In this document: piece after piece, positions 16,268-23,663 of the stretch
How positions within the stretch are numbered: the first letter of the stretch is position 1
Layout of the letters: each line of letters opens with the position of its first letter
DNA from: Propionibacteriaceae bacterium
GTDB taxonomy: Bacteria > Actinomycetota > Actinomycetes > Propionibacteriales > Propionibacteriaceae
Direction of reading: 5' to 3'
Assembly (NCBI GenBank): GCA_031256725.1
Contig: JAIRQE010000015.1
Coordinates: 30,001-62,000, forward strand
DNA: 32,000 bases
Position numbers and translations under genes: made by a program
Notes under the pieces: generated by a model
Told to the model about the DNA's origin: nothing
Databases searched by the model: none
Seen by the model: the letters and a program-made list of their open reading frames with translations, nothing else

Positions 16268-16385
16268 GTAAGCGGAGGGTGGGGCATATCTGTCCCAAAC
16301 ACATTCACAAGGTTGTTCCCTGGGGCAACAACATCTCCATTTGGGGGACACGGTTTGGGATAGATGTACCCCACCCTCCGCTTAC
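16268..16385 (+). repeat. Palindromic MITE-like intergenic repeat, copy C (most complete; 33-bp terminal inverted repeats)
   Basis: GTAAGCGGAGGGTGGGGCATATCTGTCCCAAAC...GGTTGTTCCCTGGGGCAACAAC...GTTTGGGATAGATGTACCCCACCCTCCGCTTAC. It lies between the convergent MBL and csoR-like genes. Confidence 0.85.
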
Positions 16386-16477
16386 GTGGTATCAGTTCTA
16401 GGTGTTGGAGAAACCAAGGTTGGGGTGACTGTTGGGCGTTCTGCACGATGCACCCAGGAATGCATTGTTGAGAAAAT

Positions 16478-16735
16478 CTAGGCCAGGGAAAGAAAAACAC
16501 GTTCGAGGCGCTCGGTATCTATATCGCCACCTTCAGAGGTGAGGCATTCTTTCAGGCCTACAGTGACGAGTTGGAATCCGGCACGGTCAAGAGCTTTACC
16601 GACTGCAGCAAGTTGGGTGAGTACTTCTTCGCACTCTCCACCTTCCTCAATCATACGGATAACCCCAGCAAGCTGACCTTGGGCACGCTTGAGACGATTC
16701 ATGACGGGGCGGCGAGCCTCCAGACTCAATTCCAT
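16478..16735 (-). CDS. CsoR/RcnR/FrmR-family (DUF156) metal/thiol-sensing repressor with an x-C-x-C fingerprint (CstR-like)
   Basis: 85 aa: 'MNRLKRAQGQLAGVIRMIEEGGECEEVLTQLAAVGKALDRAGFQLVTVGLKECL'. It aligns without gaps to M. tuberculosis CsoR as I recall that sequence. Cys36 and Cys65 are conserved, but the His61 position is Gly. Confidence 0.85.
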   Translation of the reverse strand: MELSLEARRPVMNRLKRAQGQLAGVIRMIEEGGECEEVLTQLAAVGKALDRAGFQLVTVGLKECLTSEGGDIDTERLERVFLSLA

Positions 16736-16919
16736 GGTCTCAGTCTAAGGCTGAATGATGAGTGCGGGGAAAATCTATCCCAGTGGGCGGTATTGTGCCC
16801 ACAATTGACAGTTAAATTCGTGTGCCATGTCGTAGACTGTCATCCGTGGTGCGCTATCACCGACAATTGAGCTCTATGGGCTCATATTGATAGTGCCAGT
16901 ATTGAATGAAGGAAATCCC

Positions 16920-17774
16920 ATGGCAGAGAAAAAACCAGCAGCAAAGCCCAAGCAAGTTGTTGCCGCCCCTCCCAAAAAAGTAGTCCAAGCAGAACCTGCG
17001 CTGTCCCAAACTCCTCAAGGTGGGACTTTCAAGGTCAGTGCTGAGGGCAAATCCAAGGCCACCAGTCTGCGCATCATCGCTGCACTCTTCTGGGCTGTGG
17101 CAATCGGGTTAGAGATGTTCGTCATCTTCTGGCTCCTCGAAAAGACCGAACTGAATCTGTACATGGTTTGGCTCATCGGGTCTATTGTTGTCATCGGTGG
17201 ACTCGCCCTGGCAGGATCAATGTTCTGGAAGAAGGCCAACCGTTTCGATCCGGCCTCCGAAAAGGACAAGGTACGCTTCTTCGTCCAGAATCAACTGGGT
17301 GCCATCATCACGATTGTCGCCTTCCTTCCGTTGATCATTTTGATCTTCATGAATGACAAAATGACCCAGGGCCAAAAAACTCTCGCGGGTGTCATTGGTA
17401 TCGTCGTTATGCTTGCTACTGGTGCTGCGAGTGCTGATTGGGCTCCGCCGTCGATTGAGCAGAGGTCTGAGCAGGGTTCTATCGTAATGGCGTACACCGG
17501 AAGCGATCAGGTCTATTGGGTCAAGGGAGGCTCGGTTTACCACCTGTGCAATCAGTACCCAGAGGGTTCAACCATTCCAGCCTTGGCTCGTGGTGGCGAA
17601 GACAATGATGTTATTGCGGGTACGATCGATCAGGCCATGGAAGCCGGCAAGACCCGTTTGAGCTATTACGGTTATTCCGAATGTGGGTTGACCGAGGGTA
17701 GTCCTGACTTCCCGCAGTATCTTCCTGATAGTGGCCAAGCTGCGAGCGAAGACCCCACTGACGAACCTACATAA
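16920..17774 (+). CDS. Hypothetical membrane protein: Lys/Pro-rich N-terminus, ~4 TM helices and a Cys-containing C-terminal ectodomain
   Basis: ATG 16920 is preceded by GAAGGA. The track's TTG 16887 is less likely. Hydrophobic segments include 'IIAALFWAVAIGLEMFVIFWLL', 'MVWLIGSIVVIGGLALAGSMFW', 'AIITIVAFLPLIILIFM' and 'LAGVIGIVVMLATGAA'. I recognise no family. Confidence 0.75.
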   Translation: MAEKKPAAKPKQVVAAPPKKVVQAEPALSQTPQGGTFKVSAEGKSKATSLRIIAALFWAVAIGLEMFVIFWLLEKTELNLYMVWLIGSIVVIGGLALAGSMFWKKANRFDPASEKDKVRFFVQNQLGAIITIVAFLPLIILIFMNDKMTQGQKTLAGVIGIVVMLATGAASADWAPPSIEQRSEQGSIVMAYTGSDQVYWVKGGSVYHLCNQYPEGSTIPALARGGEDNDVIAGTIDQAMEAGKTRLSYYGYSECGLTEGSPDFPQYLPDSGQAASEDPTDEPT

Positions 17775-17804
17775 GCGCTTGTCACTCGACAACTGAATAG
17801 TATT

Positions 17805-17860
17805 CACACCCAGTCAGGGAAGCCGTTGATGACTTCCCTGACTCAGGGTGTGTTTATTTT
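17805..17860 (+). terminator. Rho-independent terminator
   Basis: CACACCCaGTCAGGGAAG-ccgttgatga-CTTCCCTGACtcaGGGTGTG, followed by TTTATTTT. Confidence 0.8.
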
Positions 17861-17880
17861 CCTGTGGTATTCTGATTGAT

Positions 17881-20202
17881 ATGCAGGCAAATTCTCGTCT
17901 TCGCAAGCTGTCATCGTTCGGAATGCTTATAGCCGTCTCCGGCCTCGCAGGTGTTCTGGTGGCTGGTCTTGCGATTCCCGTAGCTGCTCTTACGGGGGTC
18001 ATGTCCCAAGTGGTCTCCACCTCTCTTGAGGAGCTCCCTTTGTACTTGGAGACCCCTCCCCAGGCCCAGCGTACGACTGTGTACTACTCCAATGGTGAGA
18101 AGATGGCTGAATTCTATGATGAGAACCGCACAATCGTCACCTTGGACCAAATTGCCCCGATCATGCAGCAAGCGCAGGTCGCTATTGAAGATGACAGGTT
18201 CTACCACCATGGTGCCCTCGACTTCAGGGCCTTGGCGAAGGCAGTACTGTCCTACTTTGGTCGCTCCGACGGTGGTGGTGGATCCACGTTGACCCAGCAG
18301 TACGTCAAGCAGGTCATCATGGAGGATGCTGCAAAGATCATGAAGGAAGACGAGAGACAGGAAGCCCTTGAGGCTGCCCAGGAACGTACCATCCGACGCA
18401 AGGTCCAAGAGATGAGGCATGCGATCGCGGTAGAGAACAAGTTCAGTAAAGACGAGATCCTGGAGAGGTACCTGAACATTGCCTACTATGGTGCAGGTGC
18501 TTACGGTGTCGAAGCCGCAGCACATAGGTACTTCGACACTACTGCTGCTGAACTCACTCTCGCCCAAGCTGCCCTTCTTGCAGGTATCGTTCAAACCCCG
18601 TCACGCAATCCAGTGGATAATCTTGCTGGTGCCCTGGAACGCAGGAACACCGTCCTTGATCGCATGGCAGAGTTAGAGATCATTACTAAGGCTGAGGCTA
18701 AGGAAGCCAAAGCTGAAATCTTTGATACTGGGCTCATCCAAAATGTGAGGAATGGGTGTGTGGGAGTTCCTCACTCTCAAGTATGTCGGTTGGTATGGAA
18801 CTATCTGATGACCAACGAGGCCCTTGGCAAGAACAAAATGGAACGCGAAAACATGGTGAAGCGTGGTGGGTTCGATATCAAGACCACCATTAACCCAGAA
18901 ATTCAAAATTCCACACAGGCCGCAATCTCAGCGAGAATCCACCCACAAGATCCAGTTCTTGCTGCCATCATCATTATTGAACCTGGTAAGGGTCGCATTG
19001 TTGCTGCTGCACAGAATCGATATGAATTCGGTATGGACGAAGCGGCAGGGCAAACCAACTACCTATCTTTTGCGCTACCAGAATTAGGAGGGGATGAGGG
19101 GGGCCAGCCCGGATCCACCTTCAAGATGCTGACCGCAGCAGCAGCCCTTGAGGCTGGAATACCACCCACGAAGAAGTTTGACGCAAAAGCGCGCATGAAC
19201 TTCCGTGGTCAGGTTTTCAGATCCTGTAGCGGGCCATTTAAGCTCGGAGATTGGAATGTGAGAAACGTATCTCCATCTGGCCCGATGGATATGTATCAGG
19301 CCGCGATGCAGTCAGTGAATACCTACTTTGTGCTCCTGGAACAAATGGTGGGTATTTGTAATGTGGTAGAGATGGCCGAAAAAGTCGGTGTGGTCGCAAC
19401 CAAAGGTCCAGACTATCCCGAGGGTCTGAGATCCTATGACGGTACAGCATCATTGACACTAGGGACTCTTTTAACATCTCCTATGTCCATGGCGACAGCC
19501 TATGCCACATTTGCGTCCGGTGGAATTCGGTGTAATCCCATTGTCATTGAATCAATCACTGATAAAGAAGGCAAGGAGTATTCAACCCAGCAACCCAACT
19601 GCGAACGAGTCGTATCAGAAGATGTCGCAAACGCGATTAACCTCATCTTCAACAAGGTGTTTACATCTGGTGGTACAGCGTCCTGCTGCGGAGTGAGGGA
19701 CGGAAGGCCAGCATCAGGAAAGACCGGAACTACAGATAACGGTGAGGCTGCATGGCTGATCGGATACACCCCTGAAGTTGTGGGTGTGTCCATGATCCGT
19801 GTGGATAAGAATCCTAAGTGGGATTATTTCTGGGATCCGAGAAGGAATTCAATGACTGGTGTCAGGCTTCCTGCTTCGGGAACAGTCTTGGCTGGTTATG
19901 GTGGTCCTGATGCTGGGCGGATGTGGAAGACTGCGATGGACTCAGCCATCGGATGGTACCCAGCCACACGCTTCAAGCCACCTGGAGGTTCCGTGCTTAC
20001 TGGGAAGGCCACCACTCCACCAAATACAGATGGTATGAGTGATGTAGCTGCACGACAGGTCCTGGAGGCTGCAGGATTCTTCATCATCACCACAGATGTG
20101 TATCACGATTCACAAGCTGGTACCTTCCTGGGTGCAAAGTGTGAACGAGTCTTGGGTGGTTCATGTACCTTCACCTACTCTATGGGGCCACGGCCTTCCT
20201 GA
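17881..20202 (+). CDS. Class A penicillin-binding protein (GT51 transglycosylase + transpeptidase) with a C-terminal PASTA domain
   Basis: GT51 motifs 'AIEDDRFYHHGALD', 'GGSTLTQQYVKQ' and 'RKVQEM'. Transpeptidase motifs 'STFK', 'SVN' and 'KTGTT'. The C-terminal 'MSDVAARQVLEAAGFFIITTDVYHDSQAGTFLG' is PASTA-like. ATG 17881 is preferred because GTG 17848 lies inside the terminator stem. There is no obvious SD. Confidence 0.92.
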   Translation: MQANSRLRKLSSFGMLIAVSGLAGVLVAGLAIPVAALTGVMSQVVSTSLEELPLYLETPPQAQRTTVYYSNGEKMAEFYDENRTIVTLDQIAPIMQQAQVAIEDDRFYHHGALDFRALAKAVLSYFGRSDGGGGSTLTQQYVKQVIMEDAAKIMKEDERQEALEAAQERTIRRKVQEMRHAIAVENKFSKDEILERYLNIAYYGAGAYGVEAAAHRYFDTTAAELTLAQAALLAGIVQTPSRNPVDNLAGALERRNTVLDRMAELEIITKAEAKEAKAEIFDTGLIQNVRNGCVGVPHSQVCRLVWNYLMTNEALGKNKMERENMVKRGGFDIKTTINPEIQNSTQAAISARIHPQDPVLAAIIIIEPGKGRIVAAAQNRYEFGMDEAAGQTNYLSFALPELGGDEGGQPGSTFKMLTAAAALEAGIPPTKKFDAKARMNFRGQVFRSCSGPFKLGDWNVRNVSPSGPMDMYQAAMQSVNTYFVLLEQMVGICNVVEMAEKVGVVATKGPDYPEGLRSYDGTASLTLGTLLTSPMSMATAYATFASGGIRCNPIVIESITDKEGKEYSTQQPNCERVVSEDVANAINLIFNKVFTSGGTASCCGVRDGRPASGKTGTTDNGEAAWLIGYTPEVVGVSMIRVDKNPKWDYFWDPRRNSMTGVRLPASGTVLAGYGGPDAGRMWKTAMDSAIGWYPATRFKPPGGSVLTGKATTPPNTDGMSDVAARQVLEAAGFFIITTDVYHDSQAGTFLGAKCERVLGGSCTFTYSMGPRPS

Positions 20203-20207
20203 GTTCC

Positions 20208-21962
20208 TTACCCAGCGAAGACAATCTCAGCAAAGTCGGCTTGACCGTTACCGTTACTGAGATCCACCACGCGGGTGATGTAGACGATGACATAGCGTGT
20301 CGTAACTGAGGAGAAATCCAAGGTGGTCACAGGCTCAGTGAGTTCAGATTGTACGACTGGAGTCCAGTGGGTGATGCTGATCATGTCAGGCGCCTCCACT
20401 GCTGCTGCATCACCTGCGGGTACATAGATTGTGACCGAGGTGGGGCGAAGGTTGATTGTCAGGGTTGCCTGACTCACAGGTACAGCCGACCCAAGATCCA
20501 AGATCAAACCCACACCAGGTTTCTTAGTCGGGATGACGGGTTCCTCGTATTCCTCAGTATGCCATGCGGTAGAGATATCACCATCGAAGGCGTACGGTAT
20601 CTCCTCGGGTCTCTCCCAACCCGAACCGCCGTCCTCCTTCGAGTCAAAAGCGGCGCCGGACATGATCGGTCGAATCGTGAGTTCGGTAGATGGCGTGGGA
20701 GTGTCCTTAACTTTGGGACTGCGAGCAGAATGGTACAACCCGATGATCACTGAACTCATGAGAGCCAGGATGACCAGGACAACCAAGGCAAGGAAGACCC
20801 GTGACCAAGCCCGCGCCCTGTCAGGCGGAATGGGTGGGCGCAGGGGTACCGCAGGATTCTTGGTGTTCACAGTGAACCCCCCCAAGGGTTGATCACTGGG
20901 GTCCTCAGGGGAAGCGTGGGCATCGACAACCACTGTGAGGGATTGCTCATCCAGGTCCCGAGCAGGAACAATAGTGGGTCGTTGGGCCTGCCCAGGAATG
21001 GGAGGTGAAGGCAAGACTGGCTGGGCATTCTCGGTGAGCTGTGCGACCCGATCCACCAACCAGGGGGTGGGGTCCTTGGAGCCGAGGGTGGAACCCATGG
21101 CTTCAGCAACACCAAAAGCAGTGTCAATATGTTCAGGATCTTTGAGAGAAAGGATCTGTGTGGTGAGTCGATTGAGCTCCACTGAGGTACCGGGGCGAAC
21201 ATGGATAGGTGGTTTCAGCCCCTCAGGGTTTCGTGGAGATGAAGGCAGGCCCACATCCGCGGCCCCAGGCCAGGTTGCTGTCAGGCAGGAATACAGCAGG
21301 CCACCACAGGCGACAACATCCATGGCCTCCATGTCGCTGCGAATCAGTTTGTGGTCATTCTCACGAGGGGTGAGAGTCTGGTCGAGGCGCAGCCCAAGGA
21401 TTTTCACTTCACCAGTGGTTGAGAGGAAGATCTTGGATGGGTCGAGGCGGCAATGGTACTGTTGCATCGTGTGGGCTGTCGCCAACCCTTCCGCAATCTC
21501 GCGTATCACGAAAGCGGACTCTTCACCTGAGAGGGGACCGAGGCTCAGGACTTCAGACAGACTCGCCCCATCGGCTTTTTCAGAGACAACAAAGGCACCA
21601 TCTGCATCCTGGCCAGCATCAAGAATTCTCAAGAATCGTGCATCCATAGCCCCGGATGCCATGCGGGCAGCTTCCAGACAAATAGCGGTGTTCTCATCAT
21701 TGGGAAAGGCTGTCACTAGTACTGTTCTGGACAGTGATTCATCAAGAGCCGACCAGCGAGTCCCACCACCAATGTTGGTAAGCATCTCACGCAGTCGGAA
21801 TCTGTCTGCGATGAGGGCACCTGGCACTAAGGGTGCAAGTCCAGTGAGGATGGGTTGGGTCTCCTCAGGGGTGAACTCTGGAAGGAAGGGGGAAGAGGGA
21901 ATCGAAGGCTCATCATCATGGGCACGTCGAGGACGGGATTCCTCGTTGGGGTGTTGGGTCAT
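20208..21962 (-). CDS. MurJ-associated pseudokinase: degenerate STPK-like domain, TM helix and an extracellular discoidin/F5-8C-like carbohydrate-binding domain
   Basis: The kinase-like fold has degenerate catalytic motifs: 'HCRLDPSKIF' instead of HRDxKPxN, and 'ILGLRL' instead of DFG. It has a TM helix 'VFLALVVLVILALMSSVIIGLY' and an ectodomain 'AFDGDISTAWHTEEY'. The architecture equals the C-terminal part of M. tuberculosis MviN (Rv3910). Confidence 0.85.
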   Translation of the reverse strand: MTQHPNEESRPRRAHDDEPSIPSSPFLPEFTPEETQPILTGLAPLVPGALIADRFRLREMLTNIGGGTRWSALDESLSRTVLVTAFPNDENTAICLEAARMASGAMDARFLRILDAGQDADGAFVVSEKADGASLSEVLSLGPLSGEESAFVIREIAEGLATAHTMQQYHCRLDPSKIFLSTTGEVKILGLRLDQTLTPRENDHKLIRSDMEAMDVVACGGLLYSCLTATWPGAADVGLPSSPRNPEGLKPPIHVRPGTSVELNRLTTQILSLKDPEHIDTAFGVAEAMGSTLGSKDPTPWLVDRVAQLTENAQPVLPSPPIPGQAQRPTIVPARDLDEQSLTVVVDAHASPEDPSDQPLGGFTVNTKNPAVPLRPPIPPDRARAWSRVFLALVVLVILALMSSVIIGLYHSARSPKVKDTPTPSTELTIRPIMSGAAFDSKEDGGSGWERPEEIPYAFDGDISTAWHTEEYEEPVIPTKKPGVGLILDLGSAVPVSQATLTINLRPTSVTIYVPAGDAAAVEAPDMISITHWTPVVQSELTEPVTTLDFSSVTTRYVIVYITRVVDLSNGNGQADFAEIVFAG

Positions 21963-21965
21963 CTC

Positions 21966-23663
21966 CTAGTCACCACTTCCTGGTTTATGGGTATCCACTC
22001 GTGGTTCCTTTCGCAGCCGTGAACGGATAATCGACGACAGATCCTCTACTTCGGGGATCTTCACCAGTTTCGCTAATCCCCAGTAAACACCAAATCCGAG
22101 AGTTCCTGCGATCACCAGGCCGATAAGGATCTGAGGTCGTCCAGGAATTAGCCAGTTTTGGAGCCACATGACCCCCCAAGCAAGCGCAGATGCCGGAACA
22201 GAGATGAGAAACAGAACAAGAGTGTGCCCTGCAATCTTTTTGGTCTCCAACCCCGGTACGGTGTTGCGGAAGAGAATCCAGGCAAGGAAAGCCGACGTGA
22301 TATAGCCCATCACATATCCGAAAGCCACACTGGGTGCCACCCATGCTGGCGGTACCTTGAATAGCAAGACTAGAAGCAGAGAGACACCCGAGGTAACTGC
22401 GACAAAGAGGATCTCCACAAAGAAGGGGGTACGGGTGTTTTGCATGGAATTGAACCCCTTCATCACCAGGAATCTCAAAGTGAAGGGAATCAAACCGGCA
22501 CTGAGTACGATCAGGGTCCAGCCGATTTGTACCCCTCCATTCGGGATACCATAGGCCATGATCATACCTGGAATCGATATGGAAGCCATGATCAGGGACA
22601 GGGGCATAACCACGACATAGATGGTACGGATACTCGATATGAATTGCCCAGTGAAGTGTTCCCAGTTCTGTTCGACAGCTAGTTTCGATAGTGAGGGGAG
22701 CAACGCCGTTGCCAGGGACACAGTGAGCAGTGCATGGGGGAGCAAGGAAACCAGCATCGCGGTAGTGAAAACAAAGGAACCTGCACCACTACCACTTAAC
22801 GTGGCACTACCAGTTAACCGGGTAATGATGAAGAAGTTGAGCTGATCCACAACCACTAAACCGAGGGCCCATTTCGCGAGGTGGGCGGTACTGCCCAAAC
22901 CAGTGTGAAGGAAGTCGAACCGGGGGCGGTAGCGGAACCCGACCTTCTTGAGGAAGGGGATAAGTATGGCCATCTGGATCGCGACCCCAAAGACTGATCC
23001 CAACCCGAGAAGAAGAATCTGGGATGTGGTAAAGGCTTGGGTGGTGTCATTGTGGAAACCCCAGATGAGTGCGTATATCCCAAGCATCGCGACCTGGATG
23101 ACATTGTTGAGCGCTGGAGCCCACATGAGCGGGCCGAAGGAACCACGAGAGTTGAGGATTTGACCACCAAGGAAAAACATTCCGAAAAAGAACACCTGCG
23201 GCATGACTAATGCAGTGAGCATGATCAGCGAATCATATTGGGAAGCCAACTCGTCCACCCGCCAAGTGGGACGGGTGATGAGCCGAACCACAAAAGGATT
23301 CAGCAGGACCAGTAAAGCTGTGATCCCTAGAACCATCAGCCCGAACAGGGTGACGATCCGGTCGGAATAGGCTTGACCCCCATCAGCGTCCTCCTTCATC
23401 GACCTCATGAGCTGGGGAACAAGAATGGCATTCAGGATTCCACCAGCAAGCAGGAGGTACATCTGGGAAGGAATCGATGAGGAAATATTAAAGATATCAG
23501 CCTGGATTGAGGTTGAGGTGAAAAGGTACCCCACAAGGAGGACTCGCACCATCCCTAGGGTTCGAGACACGAGGGTACCAGAAGCCATGAGCATGGTGGA
23601 TGAAAAAAGCTTGGGCTTATTCATCACTGCATCATCACCAGATTTGTTCACACGATCACTCAT
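21966..23663 (-). CDS. murJ: Lipid II flippase MurJ (MviN)
   Basis: 565-aa polytopic MOP-family protein with an N-terminal 'MLMASGTLVSRTLGMVRVLLVGYLF' and about 14 hydrophobic segments. Its start overlaps the upstream gene by 8 nt. Confidence 0.9.
   Translation of the reverse strand: MSDRVNKSGDDAVMNKPKLFSSTMLMASGTLVSRTLGMVRVLLVGYLFTSTSIQADIFNISSSIPSQMYLLLAGGILNAILVPQLMRSMKEDADGGQAYSDRIVTLFGLMVLGITALLVLLNPFVVRLITRPTWRVDELASQYDSLIMLTALVMPQVFFFGMFFLGGQILNSRGSFGPLMWAPALNNVIQVAMLGIYALIWGFHNDTTQAFTTSQILLLGLGSVFGVAIQMAILIPFLKKVGFRYRPRFDFLHTGLGSTAHLAKWALGLVVVDQLNFFIITRLTGSATLSGSGAGSFVFTTAMLVSLLPHALLTVSLATALLPSLSKLAVEQNWEHFTGQFISSIRTIYVVVMPLSLIMASISIPGMIMAYGIPNGGVQIGWTLIVLSAGLIPFTLRFLVMKGFNSMQNTRTPFFVEILFVAVTSGVSLLLVLLFKVPPAWVAPSVAFGYVMGYITSAFLAWILFRNTVPGLETKKIAGHTLVLFLISVPASALAWGVMWLQNWLIPGRPQILIGLVIAGTLGFGVYWGLAKLVKIPEVEDLSSIIRSRLRKEPRVDTHKPGSGD

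Noticed and set aside
17848-17880. GTG 17848 as the PBP start
   Set aside because: The codon lies in the descending stem and T-tail of the upstream terminator hairpin. ATG 17881 starts the 'MQANSRLRKLSSFGMLIAVSG' cytoplasmic/TM anchor typical of class A PBPs.
19800-19808. Perfect DnaA box TGTGGATAA inside the PBP gene, and CTGTCCACA at 25660..25668 in the DUF6049-ABC divergent spacer
   Set aside because: These are isolated 9-mers. One or two chance matches on two strands of 32 kb are not surprising, and there is no clustering.
20935-21969. 344-aa plus-strand ORF. Similar long antisense ORFs occur at 3190..3696, 7506..8093, 9712..10287, 11485..12216, 17911..18594, 24127..24570, 24805..25197, 27656..28111 and 31225..31842.
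   Set aside because: Each lies entirely antisense to a gene with clear family motifs. Their translations are Ser/Arg/Pro/Gly-rich with no motifs. They are shadow ORFs, as expected on the antisense strand of genuine coding sequence in moderate/high-GC DNA.
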